DNA of 64,000 nucleotides from the human T2T-CHM13v2.0 reference genome, Homo sapiens. Shown here piece by piece: positions 15,171 through 28,285 of this stretch (positions within the stretch are counted from its first letter, which is position 1; each line of letters opens with the position of its first letter). The notes below the pieces were generated by a model. That model saw nothing but the letters and a program-made list of their open reading frames with translations. It was not told where the DNA came from and ran no database searches. Both the position numbers and the translations under genes were made by a program. The DNA lies in assembly GCF_009914755.1 (NCBI RefSeq), contig NC_060936.1, one strand, 5' to 3'.

Positions 15171-18100
15171 CACTATTACGGCATATTTATGATATAATTA
15201 ACTTTCAGAAAGCCATATGGCTTTCATTACAAAGACTAAAGGAATGTGCTTTTCATAACAAATGGCATATGGCCTCCAATAGCTCTTTGCTTGCATGTTT
15301 TAACAAAATGAACATGTACATGAATTAGATGCCTCAGGTCAGTTAACAAACTGAAGTTGATTTTCTTTTGCTCTCCCTAATTACAGCTGCATTTCTGACA
15401 AATATCAAGGAGTTTTTTGGCAGCCTGTAGGTGCAAAATACATAGCACCTTTTTCTCTTATGGCATTGCTCCTTTAAAGAGTCAACATTTTTCTCTTATT
15501 CACAGTGGAGTGTGCCGTTTGTGGAAATGGAGTATTTTTGATGAAGCTGCATGCTTTCAGAATGGTGGAAAATTTAATTGACTTAAATGATACAAAAGGC
15601 AAAGGAAAAAACTAAATGAAAATCATTGAGACAAAAGTTGACATTTATCTTTGGTCACTTACATGATGCAGAGGAGAGAGTACATGATAGATGCTCACAT
15701 GCTGAACTAATTTAACAGCAGTTAAGCGTGAGGGCTCACTCTTAATCTCTTAGAGTTATTTAGAAGCCTTTCTATTTTAGGTAACATGCCTTAAAGTTCT
15801 GCTCCCTTAGTTCGCACTGTGCCTCATCCTATTGTTTATTTAGCAGGTTTTTTAATAGAGTCTGAGAATGAGCTTCTTGCAACTTTCACATTATCATATT
15901 ACAACATTCACCACTGATTATCTGTACTCAAGGTCAATGACATTATCTCATTGGAATTCCCTGGACTCTGGATTTATAATAAGATAGTCCAAAATGCTCT
16001 TGTCTGTGATGGAAAAATACAACACAATTACTGTAAGTCAGTTGGTTCTTAAAGTGTTTGAGTTTCAAATTTGGCTACTCATCATATTGGCAAATTGCTT
16101 ACTTTTCTTTTAAATGCTTGTACTTATATGACACCAATAAAATTTTCTTGATTAATGAAGTGGAAATATATCTACTATAAAAGGAAATTTAAAACATATA
16201 TATTTCTGAAGTAACTAAAGAAGTAAAAATACATTTTAATTAATATTAAAGTATTTAAATCCTTCTATTCAAAAGCTCATTTCCTTAAGAACAAAGAAAA
16301 CACATAATTTAGGATGATTTACTCATTAAGAATAAACCAAATGTTTTAAATAATCAATTAAACTTTTAGTCTCTTTTTTTTCCCATCTAAAATGACTCAC
16401 TCAAATCCTATTCATACAAAAGGAAAGTGTTAATTTGTATCCTAATTCACCTTATATTTACTATAATGTATATTTCTTCTTTGGACAAGTCATAGCTTCT
16501 CCTTTCATAAAATAATATCTTCCATTATGTTACAATTACAAACTATGGCTCATAGGACCGGTGAATCATAGGGTTGGATGGAATAAGCCCTTCAGCAGTC
16601 ATTTTCACCTCCAGGGCATCTCTAAACCATGAGTTGAACAACAAGGCGAGTGAGTAAGGTACACTTTCAGTCAGAAATACAGCTTTGGCTAGATGGAAAA
16701 AAAAAGAGTAAATCTGGGAACTCTTTTTCTCTTTAGCAAAATACGTCTTTCTTTCTTTTTGTCAAAGTGAATCTTATTTCAAACTGATATCATTAGAATA
16801 ATAACCCCACGACAAAAATTGTTGTGTGAGACCATTTAGATTCACTTCATATGTGAGAATCGGATGCTAGCATCTGTAAGACATGAGATAAGCAATGTTT
16901 GAAGACAGCAGATTCTGCCCCCACCTATGTCAGCATAATTTATTACATGACTACAAAATACAACAACAGTGCATAAGTATAAAATGTGTAAAAAAATTAA
17001 TGCTGCATACGTCTGTAAAAAGCCAAACAACAATTTAGAAGAGAAGGCAATTAGGGTAACACTTATGTACTAAGAAATCATTTGAAGTTGGGATACAATG
17101 TTATTTTCTTAACTGTCACAATTCACTCATGTTAAGACACTCCTATCTTGCTTTTATCCTCCATAGCATGTAAGGATAGTTACATTGGAGGGAAAACTTC
17201 GAGATGCTGAGCCAGGGTGGCTGACAGTGTGAGGAAGTCAGGAAAAAGTTTCAATCGAACCTGATCTCCTTGATCTTTATATGATGGTCTTTTCACGATT
17301 AAGCAACCATGAGCACGAAAGGAGAGACATGACTCACTCCAATAACCTTGAATAGTTGGGTTAATTTGAAATTTATATTCTTAAAAAGTTGTGATATGCA
17401 AAGACATAAACAACTGGTTTCTCCAGATTTTCAAATCCTGCTCCAAATTATTTTAACAAACACATATGTTATCATTTAAATGGGGGAAATGGCCAAGACC
17501 AACCCCAACTGGCTTCAGAGGAAGTTGGATACTGTAAACAGAAGATATGTTTTGGTCTGCTGAGCACCATTTTGGATCTGAATATGGTAAGGTAGTCTTA
17601 GTACTAATTTTTGTGGTTGGATATGCAGAGATTTCACTGGAATTGGGAAGATATATGAAAGAAGGGGTAGAGAAGGAGAAATGTTCATGGAAGGGGAGAG
17701 GAGCAGAATAGCCAGGGAGATGATGCAATACTGGGAAATCACAGAGGGTAAAGGCAGTGAGTGAAAATACAGGCGTTGGGGTGTCTGCAGGATTATTCAG
17801 CACTAGAATGTTTAATTGTCAATCAAGTGGTGTCTGTTTCTGTAATTGTAATGTATTCCAACTCCTCAAACTTTAGTAAAGTCTGTCATAAGAACCCATT
17901 TTTTGAGGGTTTTCTTTTGTTCTTGGATTGAAAATTATGGGAAAGGTTTCCTTCCATGTTGGGTGGAATAGGGTCAGCACCAACAGGAAGAGTGGTAAAT
18001 GAGTAAATTAAGCAGAAGCAGGCATTTGGAGCCAAGGAAGTACCAGCTCTTCCTTCTCCAGCTTTCCTTCCCCCACAAATGTCTAGATATTTTGGAGAGG

Positions 18101-18350
18101 GTTTTGGTCTTTTACAACCCATGGGATGGATGTTTGAATCAAGGAGAGAGTAGATCCCAGATGATATTTATGCTATATTTATAAAGTCTGAAAATATAAC
18201 AGTTCATTAAGGGAGAAAGTAAGGATGGAAAATTTTGATCTCTAGCACTCCTTTTTCTTTCATAGTGTTAACAGTGTAACACATGATATTGTTGGCATTT
18301 TCTTCTACAGACATACCAGACATTTAGCATTTATTTTTTATTTTTTTTAG

Positions 18351-18461
18351 TCAAGTCTGAGCTAGTCAATTATGTGTCTGGTAAACCAAAAGATATTACT
18401 GAAATCCGTGGCAACAGTTCAGGAACCATCTTGTGCACTTGCATTTATTGGAAGTATAATG
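18351..18461 (+). other. Candidate 111-nt exon of an unidentified + strand transcript
   Basis: TTTTTATTTTTTTTAG acceptor, ATG|GTAGGT donor, length divisible by 3, open in phase 1. Confidence 0.25.
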
Positions 18462-19489
18462 GTAGGTTGCCTGTCTCTGTCGCATTCCTCATGGTACGCA
18501 GGGAAATTTGCTTGTATGTGAAAATATTTATAGGAAGCAGTTTTGTTTTGTGAGGCATGCAGACTGGTAGCTACATGTTTGAAGATACGCCCATTTTTCT
18601 GGCCCTTATCACTTATGAATAATGGCCGTGGGATAGAGTGAAAAAAGTATTAATAACTTAATGCTCAAACTTACCTTTTAAAAGGGCAAATTTCACATAT
18701 ATCTGAAGTGAAAATAAACCTGAAATATAATTTGTTTATGTTAAGTTAGAGTTTTTATGCACGTGCCTCCACTGTATTCTGCTACATTGGTAGTGGCAAA
18801 ATATGCACATAAATGGATGAGAGAGAAATAGAGACAAAAGACAAAGGAAAGCAAAGATGTTTTAAGATATGGCATAAACAGCAGGTCTAATTTCTTTATT
18901 TGGTAAGTCTCGCATACTCTCTGTTTAACAGATGTGCCTCTCACTGCTGTAGCTTGATGTTCTGAGAGGATTCTCAAATAAAATTTATTTGATGGAGCAA
19001 CACTCATATCATATATCTTGATATTTGAGAACCTTCCAGAAAAGACGAAAGTGTTCTAATAGAACAAGCTCCTTGTCTACGTATCTACATTTGGCCACAA
19101 CAATGCTATTCTCATAGTTATGGGAAAGGCTGAAGGCCAAATTCGTGTCTGGTTTTGTATCTGGTCGAGTCCTTACATGCTTACATGAAGATTCAGGGAA
19201 AGGTTTAATTTTCCCAAGGCTCACAGAGGCAATTGTTTACTGGCACCAAATTATATTTCTGCTTAAAAAAAGATGACACAAACAGATACCATAGAAATCT
19301 AAAATGGCAGTCAAATATTAAGTGATTTTAATCCAAACAAATATAACCATAAAAACCTGAAGATTGTTATTAAATCTGGAAACATTATAACATTTTTTTT
19401 TGCTTTTCAAGATGAGTCTAGGACCACTTAGACCACAAAAAATCCACCTTGTTTTTGAGTTTGGAGGATATATCTCTGTGTGTGGCTTC

Positions 19490-19880
19490 CAAGGCTCCAA
19501 GTTTGTTCTAAAAAATCTACTCCTGTCCTGCGTCCTCCAATTCCTATTCACATAGGGCTGTGTGTGTGCATGTATGTGCTTGAACAATATTTTACACTTG
19601 CACTTAATGAAATTTACCCTCCTAAATTAGGCTTATTTTTCCAGCCTATCAGAATTCAGTAGCATTCTCATTTCTGCCTGGTTAGGATTTATTCTTCCCT
19701 GATTCTTTTCATTCACAAAATAGCAAATGTATCATATACAAATTCATTGAATCACTGATGAAAATGGAGAAGAAGGCAGGACAAAGAGAATCCTTTTATG
19801 GCACTGGTGCCCACCCTTCAGAGTGACATTGATCTGTTAACCGTCATTCTCTGGTGTGGTTGTTTAACCAGTTTAAAAAT
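19490..19880 (-). mobile_element. L3/CR1 LINE fragment
   Basis: TCATTGAATCACTGATGAAAATG...GGACAAAGAGAATCC...GTGACATTGATCTGTTAA...TTTAACCAGTT resembles the L3 RT region. Confidence 0.55.
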
Positions 19881-20040
19881 CACTTACTCCGCAAACATAT
19901 TGAATGCTCCCTGAGCCAGGCTTTGTGCTGGGTGGTGGGAAAGACAAATGATACTATCCCTGACTTCAAGCAGCCCAAGGGAAGAAAGACATGAAAATGA
20001 AGAGCTGCAGTGAAGTGTGATAATGCCAGAGGTATATATT
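19881..20040 (-). mobile_element. L2 3' end
   Basis: CAAACATATTGAATGCTCC...GCCAGGCTTTGTGCTGGGTG...CCCTGACTTCAAG. Confidence 0.6.
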
Positions 20041-20099
20041 AGGCAAGGCACTTAAAAGCCAGCCTAGGATTTTCTGAAAAAATAAACTGAGGAGAGTAA

Positions 20100-20573
20100 G
20101 AGGTTTTCTGAGTTTGTTCAAAATATATAGAATTTATTTTTTCAGATAAATTTTAGCAACAGTTCATTACCAGGAAAATCCTATTAAAATTTTGATAATA
20201 ATTGCATTATACTTTTAACTTAATTAATTCAATATCCTTATGCAGAACCATGATATGTATTTCATTACATCCCCATGTATTTTAAAAGGCAGTTTTTAGG
20301 ATATTTTGTTTTTTGTTGCTTTTGAGAATAGGGATTTTTTTCTCATACTTTCTAAATATATTTTTGTGGGTTTCCAAGAAAGCCATGGGTCTTTGGCATA
20401 TTTATCTTATGATTAGCTATGTTTCTGGACTCATTATTTCTAATGTTTTTCAGTTGACTCAACTGAGGTTTTTAAACCAAAAATCATTGCTTATAGATAA
20501 TGATCATTTAATTTTTTCTTTTTAAACTACCTATTTGGTTGTGTATTTCATCACACTTTTGACTTTTTAGAAT
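20100..20573 (-). mobile_element. Ancient L1M ORF2 fragment
   Basis: TTTTTGTTGCTTTTGAGAATAGGATTTTT...AATCATTGCTTATAGATAATGATCATTT parallels L1 ORF2 minus-strand text. Confidence 0.5.
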
Positions 20574-20689
20574 ATTGTAAAGTAAAACCTTTGGTTTTAG
20601 TCACATACACTTGTACTTCAAGCACTCACAGTCCAGCTTCCGATGACTCTGCAGATGTGGGTTTCAGCAGCCAAGGTGTATTGCACCTG
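20574..20689 (+). repeat. Copy A of an unassigned ~116-bp inverted repeat pair
   Basis: About 102/117 identical by hand alignment to the reverse complement of 22377-22492. Confidence 0.9.
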
Positions 20690-21033
20690 CTCATAGACCT
20701 TGGGAGTGTAACTTTCTCTGTTTTTACAAGATGTGCTCACTGCTTAATGATATCACAGATGCTGTTGCATTTTATTTCTAGATTCCAAGTTATTTTCTTG
20801 AATGTGTGAGAAATATAATTAGAAAATTAAATATTTTTGAAATTAAGAATAGAAATAAGTGGGAAAAAATGGACTGTAAAAAAAGAAAGGACTATTCTGT
20901 GAGACCAATTTATGACAGAGGTGATTTAACTTATAAATGCTTCATCACACTTTACCCCTAGGCGGGGTTGCCAAAATCATGAGCATGTTAATGTTAGCTG
21001 GTGCTTTGTGTGCTCAGAAGATATCACTAAAGA

Positions 21034-21190
21034 AGCCGAACACGGTGGTGCATGCCTATAGTCCCAGCTATTCAGGAGGCCAAGACGGGAGGATTGCTTG
21101 AGCCCAGGAATTCAAGACCAGCCTGGGCAATATAGCGAGACTGACCTCATAAACAAAACAAAACAAAAAACAACCAAAAAAAAAAAAAAT
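21034..21190 (+). mobile_element. FLAM/free Alu monomer
   Basis: Single monomer with GGAGGATTGCTTGAGCCCAGGA and an A tail; AGATATCACT on both flanks. Confidence 0.88.
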
Positions 21191-21199
21191 AGATATCAC

Positions 21200-21932
21200 T
21201 GTGAAAGGAAAATAAACCCCAGGAGCCCCAAATCACTAAGCCAAGGGAAAAGTCAAGCCTGGAACTACATCAGGCAAACATGCCTCCCATTTTATTCCTC
21301 AATAATACAGCTACAGGCTGGGTGCTGTGGCTCATGCCTCTAATCCCAGCACTTTGGGAGGCTGAGACAGGTGGATCACCTGAGGTCAGGAGTTCAAGAC
21401 CAGCCTGGCCAACATGGCGAAACCCCGTCTCTACTAAAAATACAGAAATTAGCCAGGCGTGATGGCAGACGCCTGTAATCCCAGCTGCTTGGGAGGCTGA
21501 GACAGGAGAATTGCTCTGTTCTGTTGAATTTCACCCTGGCTATGGAAACCAATAGCTTATCTTCACAGGTGTGGGACAGAAAGTCATCCCTATGCTCATC
21601 TGAGACAAATGCATACCTGATTGCTTCCTCTGCCCTATTGTTTATGTAAAAATGCAGATTGACTGAGCCAGATTACATTGTGTATTCAGTGAAAGGCTGA
21701 TGAAGGACTCAAAAGAATGCAACCTTTTGTCTTTTACCTACTTATGACCTGGAACCCCAACCCCCTACCAGAACCAATGACAATGTTACATATGCTGATG
21801 TCTCTTATCTCCCTAAAATATATAAAAGCAAGCTGTACCCCCACCACCTTAGGCACATGTTGCCAGGATCTCCTGAGGTTGTGTCATGGACGTGTTCTTC
21901 ACCTTGGCAAAATAAACTTTCTAAATTGGTTG
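21200..21932 (+). mobile_element. MER4A-like ERV1 LTR, U5 missing
   Basis: TGTGAAAGGAAAATAAA...CACTAAGCCAAGGGAAAAGTCAAG start; TGTACCCCCACCACCTTAGGCACATGT...GGCAAAATAAACTTTCTAAATTG end. Confidence 0.85.
21316..21515 (+). mobile_element. AluS, 3'-truncated, inside the MER4 LTR
   Basis: Left monomer and half of the right monomer; stops at GGAGAATTGCT and joins LTR sequence. Confidence 0.9.
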
Positions 21933-22109
21933 AAAAATAAATAAATAAATGCTTCATCAGTGATACATACGGATGTTACCAGAGTGATGTAATCTTGGTC
22001 AACAGATATTGCATGTCATTCAGTTCCTATTTTATGTTCTTTCCATCTACGTTCCTATTTCCTGGAATAGGAGTTGCTACAATGGCAGCAGCAGGCATCT
22101 TTAGTTTAG

Positions 22110-22640
22110 TTTTTCAGACATGAAAGGTACCTACACATATTTGTATCTTAGAAAGGTCACTCTGATAACACATTGAAGGATAGATTAGGGTAAGGCAAAA
22201 CTAACAATAGCAAGACTAGTTAGGTGCTAAAGTAATACTGGAAAGAATGAAGAAGTGGGGCAGATCTGTGAGGTCTGAGGAGGTAGAGTCAGTTATTCTT
22301 GAAGAATGAGATGCAGGGCTGAGTAGATGAGAAATCAAGTATAGCTCCCCAGTTTTTTGATTTGATGATTGAGATACAGGGCAATACACCATGTGCTGCT
22401 GGAACCCACATCTGCGGTATCTTGGGAAGCTGGACTGTGGTTGTTTGAAATACAAGTGTCTGTGACTAAAGCCAAAGGTTTTACTTTACAATTTTGATGC
22501 CAATATAAGTAAAGAATAGAAGAGGAAAAGTAGGCATGGGAGAGAAGACAATGCATTCAGTTGTGCAATACTTTGAGTTTCAGATGCCTGTGTGACATCA
22601 AGTGGAAACGGTAGTTGATTCATGCATTTGGCACACAGGA
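22110..22640 (-). mobile_element. L2 fragment interrupted by inverted-repeat copy B
   Basis: TTTGTATCTTAGAAAGGTCACTCTG...GGAGGTAGAGTC...TTGAGTTTCAGATGCCTGTGTGACATCAAGTGGA. Confidence 0.7.
22377..22492 (-). repeat. Copy B of the unassigned ~116-bp inverted repeat pair
   Basis: Reverse complement of 20574-20689 at ~87% identity; also visible as similar peptides in ORFs 20591+ and 22335-. Confidence 0.9.
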
Positions 22641-22794
22641 AAAAACACAAATGCAACAGGCTTTCTATTCAGTCTCTTTCTTTCTCTGCGGCGCAAGGAA
22701 ATAATGAGGGGCAGGAACACAGCAAGAACACAAACAGAACACAGTAAATGACTTCTGTATGCACTCAGTTGAGACTCTTCTACGGAAGTTTTAT

Positions 22795-22922
22795 GTTTTT
22801 CTTTATTATGGTAAAATATACATAACATAAAATTGGTCATTTTAACTGTTTTTAAGTGTGCAGTTCAGAGGCATTAAGTACATTCACATTGTTGTGCAAC
22901 CATCACTATCATCCCTCTCAAT
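22795..22922 (-). mobile_element. L1MB 3' end (host; resumes ~30030-30140 and 30443-30475)
   Basis: GGTAAAATATACATAACATAAAATT...AAGTGTGCAGTTCAG...CACATTGTTGTGCAACCATCAC. Confidence 0.75.
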
Positions 22923-25900
22923 ATTTCTTTTTTTAAAATTTAATTTTAAATTGACATATAATAATTGTACATATTTATGTGGTACATTGTGATGTTTTGA
23001 TATATATATAATGTGTAGTGATCAGGTCAGGGTAATTAGCATATTCATAATTTCATTTTATTGTGTTGAGAACATTTAATATCTTCCCTCTAGCTATTTG
23101 AACCTATACATTATTGTTATCTATAGTCATCCTATAGTGGTATAGAGCACTAGAACTTATTCCCCCTATCTAGCTGTAATTTTATATCTTTTAACAAATC
23201 CATGCATGTCCCCACCTCTCCCTACCCTTGCCAGACTCCAGTATCCTCTGTTCTACTTTTTACTCCTAGGAGATCAAATTTTTTTAAATTATTATTTATT
23301 TATTTATTTAGCTTGTGTGAAAACATGTAGCCTTTATCCATTTATCTGTTATTGGATACCTAAGTGGATTCCATATCTTGGCTATTGTGAATAGTGTTCC
23401 AATAAACATGGAGGTACAGATTTCTCTTTAATATATAGATTTTGTTTCCTTTGGATAAATACCCAGTAGTGGGACTACTGGATCATTTGGTAGTTCTATT
23501 TGTAGTTGTCTGAGGAGACTGCATACTGTTTCCATAATGTCTGTACTGTTTACATTCACACCAACAGTGATTAAGAGTCCCTTTTCTCTACATTCTCACC
23601 AGTATTTGTTTTCTTGTCTTTTTGACAATAGCATAATAGCCATGCTAACTGGGGTACCTAATTGTGGTTTTGATTTGCATTTCCCTAATGATTAATGGTG
23701 TTGAGGATTTTTTTTCAAACACCTGTCGGCCATTGGTATGTCTTCTTCTGAAATATGTTTGTTCAAATCATTTGCCCATTTTAAAATTAGATTGTTTGGA
23801 TTTTTTTGCTGTTGAGATGTTTGAGTTCCTTGTATATTCTGGGTATTAATTCCCTCATAGAAAAATAGTTTGCAAATATTTTCTCATATTCTGTCCATTG
23901 TCTTTTCACAGTGTTATTGTTTCCTTTTATGTGCAGAAGCTTTTTAGTTTGATGTAATCACATTTGTTAATTTTTGCTTTTGTTGCCTGTACTTTTGAGG
24001 TCGCAGCCATAAAATATTTGCCTAAATCAATGTTCTGGAGTGTTTCCACTGTGTGTTCTTCTAGTACATTCATAGTTTGGGGTCTTACATTTAGGTCTTT
24101 AATCCATTTTGAGTTGATTTTTGTATGAGGTAAGAGGTAGGGGTCTAGTTTCATTCTTCTGTATATGGATATCTAGTTTTCTTAGCATTGTTTATTGAAA
24201 AGACTGTCCCTTCCCCAGTGAATGTTCTTGTTGTCTTTGTCCATACCATTTGCCTATAGATACGTGGATTAGTTTCCGGGTTCTCTATTCTGTTCCACTG
24301 GTCTATGTGTCTGTTTTATACCAATACCATGCTGTTTTGGTTACTATAGCTTCATAGTATATTTTGAATTCTGGTAGTATGATGCCTGCAGCTTTCTTCT
24401 TTTTTCTATTGGCTGTTCTGGCTATTTGGAGTCTTTTTTGGCTCCATACAAATTTTAAGATTTATTTTCTATTTCTGTGAAAAATGCCATTAGTATTTTA
24501 ATAGAGATTTCAATGAATCTGTAGATTGCTTTGGGTAGTATTATCATTATAAAAATATTAATTCTTCTATTATGAGCATGAAATGTCTTTCTATTTGTTT
24601 GTATCCAATTTGATTTCTTTCATCAGTGTTTTGTAGTTTTCCTTATAGTGTTCTTTCACCTCCTTGGTTAAATTTATTCCTAGGTCTTCTTTTTTCCATA
24701 GCTATTGTAAATGGGATTGCCTTCTTGATTTCTTTTTAATTAGTTTGCTCTTTGTGTATAGAAATGTTACTGATTTTTTATGTTGATTTTGTATCCTGCA
24801 ACTTTAATGAATTTATCAGTTCTAAAAGTTTGTAGAGTCTTTAGTTTCTTTTCAGTATATAAGATTATGTCTGCAAACAGAGATGATTTGACTTTCTCCT
24901 TTTCAATTCAGATGCCCTTTATTTCTCTCTTGACTAGTTGCTCTGGCTAGGACTTCCAGTGCCATGTTGAATAAGAGTGCTGAAAGTAGGTATTCTTGTT
25001 TTGTTCCAGTACTTGGAGGCAAAGCTTACAGTTTTTTCCCCATTTAGTATAATGTTCACTGTCAGTTAGTCATATATAACCTTAATTATGTTGAGGTACT
25101 TTCTTTCTATCCTAAGTTATTGAGAATTCTTATTATGAAGGGATGCTGGATGTCATCAAATGCTTTTTCTGCATCTATTTTAGTAATCATATGGTTGTTG
25201 TCCTTCATTATGTTGATGTGATGTAACACATTTATTGATTTGCATATATTGAACCATTCTTGAATTCCTGGAGTAACTCCCACTTGAACATGGTGTATAA
25301 TCTTTTGATATATTGGTAGATTAAATTTCTGGTATTTCATTGAGGATTTTTGTATCTATGTTCATCAGGAATATAGGTCTGTAGTTTTATTTTTTTGTTG
25401 TGTCCTTGTCTAGTTTTCAGATGAGGGTGATGCTGGCCTTGTAGATGGAGTTAGAGAGAGTTCTCTTTGCTTCATTTTTTTGGAATAGTTTGAGAAGAAT
25501 TAGTATTAATTCTTCTTTAAAGTTTTGATAGAATTAGCAGTGAAGCCATCTAGTCCCAGACTTTTCTTTGCTGGGAGGCTTTTTATTACTGATTCAATCT
25601 CATTATTGGTCTTTTCAGGTTTTTTATTTCTCCTGGACTCAATCTTGGTATATTGCATGTGTCCAGGAATTTACCCATTTGTTCTGGATTTTCTAATACA
25701 TTGGCATATAGTTGTTTATGGTAGTTTCTAATGATCCTTTGTATTTCTGTGGTATCAGTTGTAATATGTTTTTATTTCTAATTTTATCTATTTGGGTCTT
25801 CTCTCTTTTTTTCTTAATCTAGCTAATGGATTGTTGATTTCGTGTATCTTTTCAAAAAACCAACTTTTTGTTTCATTGATCTTTTGTGTTTTTTAATCTC

Positions 25901-26168
25901 AATTTCACTTATTTCTGCCATGATCTTTATAATGTTTCCTATTCTACTCATTTTGGGGTTTATTTTTTCTTTTCTAGCTCCTTGATATTCATCATTAGGT
26001 TGTTTATTGGAAGTCTTTCTCAATTTTTGATGTAGGCATTTATTGCTAAATATGTTTCTGATTAGCACTTTTGCTGTGTCCTGTAGGTTGTTGTATGTTG
26101 TGTTTCTTTTTTCAGTTGTCTCAATGAATTTTAAAATTTCATTCTTAATTCCTTTTTTCACCCAATCA

Positions 26169-26433
<265 letters not shown>

Positions 26434-27680
26434 TTATTCCACTGTGGTCAGATGAGATACTTGATATAATTTCAAGTTAAAAAAAATTTTTGAGACCTGT
26501 TTTGTTTTTGTTTTCGAGTCCTGAAGAATGTTCAACATGCTGATGAGGAGAATGCGTATTCTGTAGCTATTGGGTAAAATGCTCTTCATATGTCTCTTTA
26601 ACCCATTTGATCTACGGTGCAGTTTAAATCATCTGATGTTTCTTGGTTAATTTTATATCCACATGACCTGTCCAAAGCTGAGAGTGGAAGAAGGTCCCCA
26701 GCTATTATTATATTGGAGTCTATCTCTCCCTTTAGAATGAGTACCATTTACTTTATATATCTGGGTGGTCCTGTGTTGGGTTCATGTATATTTACAATTA
26801 TTATTTTCCCTTGTTGAATTGATCATTTTATTACTATATAATGTCTTTGTCTATTTTTATGACTTTTGATTTGAAGTCTGTTTTATCTGATATAAGTATA
26901 GCTATACTGGCTTGCTCTTGGTTTCTGGTTGCATGGAATATCTTTGTCCATCCCTTCACTTTCAGTCTATATGTATCTTTACAGAAGAAGTGAATTTCTT
27001 GTGGGTAGCATATCTTTGGGTCTTTTTTTCATTAAAAAAGTCAATTTAGCCCATCTATAGCTTTTAACTGGGAGAATTAAATCTTATACCCAAGGTTACT
27101 ATTGATAGGTGAGAACTTACTCCTATCATTTTCTTGATTATTTTCTAATTGTTTTGTATAGTTTTTGTTTCTTGCTTCCAATTTCATGTTTACTTTTGTG
27201 ATTGAGTGGCTTTCTGTGGTGACAAGATTTGATTTTTCTTTTGTGTATTGGCTGTATCAGTAAATTTTATTGTTTTGCTTTTTTTTATGATGTTGGTTTT
27301 CATTTTTTTCACTTTCAGATATAAGACTCCATTGAATATTTATTGTAATTCTGGTCTAATGGTAATGATTCCTTTAGTTTTTGCTTGTCTGTAAAATATT
27401 TTATTTCTCCTTTATTTTGAAATGATAGCTTTGCTGGGTATAATATTCTTGACTGACAGTTTTTTTTTTTTTTTTTTTCCTTTCAGTACTTTGAATATAT
27501 CAGCCTATTCTCTCCCAGCTTGTATGGTTTCTGCTGAGAAACATGCTGCTGGTCTAATGGGGATTCCTTTATATGTGACTTGACACTTTTCTTTTGTTTT
27601 CTAGAATTTTTTTTTGTCTTTTACCTTTGAAAATTTGACTATAAGGATCTATTCAGGTTAAATCTGTTGGGGTTCTTTGA

Positions 27681-28285
<605 letters not shown>

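Larger units (their letters stand above)
20948..21944 (+). pseudogene. Retroposed (processed) transcript 3' end: unique DNA + FLAM + MER4 LTR (with Alu) + A tail
   Basis: Perfect 15-bp TSD ATAAATGCTTCATCA at 20933-20947 and 21945-21959; AATAAA at 21911 followed 16 nt later by an A-rich tail where the LTR U5 should continue. Confidence 0.8.

Noticed and set aside
15506-15615. Acceptor followed by ECAVCGNG, resembling a nuclear-receptor zinc finger
   Set aside because: No second Cys pair, no good donor, and the frame stops after ~36 codons.
16030-16370. Possible hAT/Charlie remnant
   Set aside because: Only a vague terminal resemblance in very AT-rich DNA; cannot be supported without an HMM search.
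20690-22376. Inversion between the two inverted repeats
   Set aside because: The L2 continues collinearly across copy B, which an inversion breakpoint would not allow.
22377-22495. H/ACA snoRNA interpretation of the inverted-repeat unit (ends ACA-NNN)
   Set aside because: No H box at a plausible hinge position shared by both copies, and no convincing two-hairpin fold.
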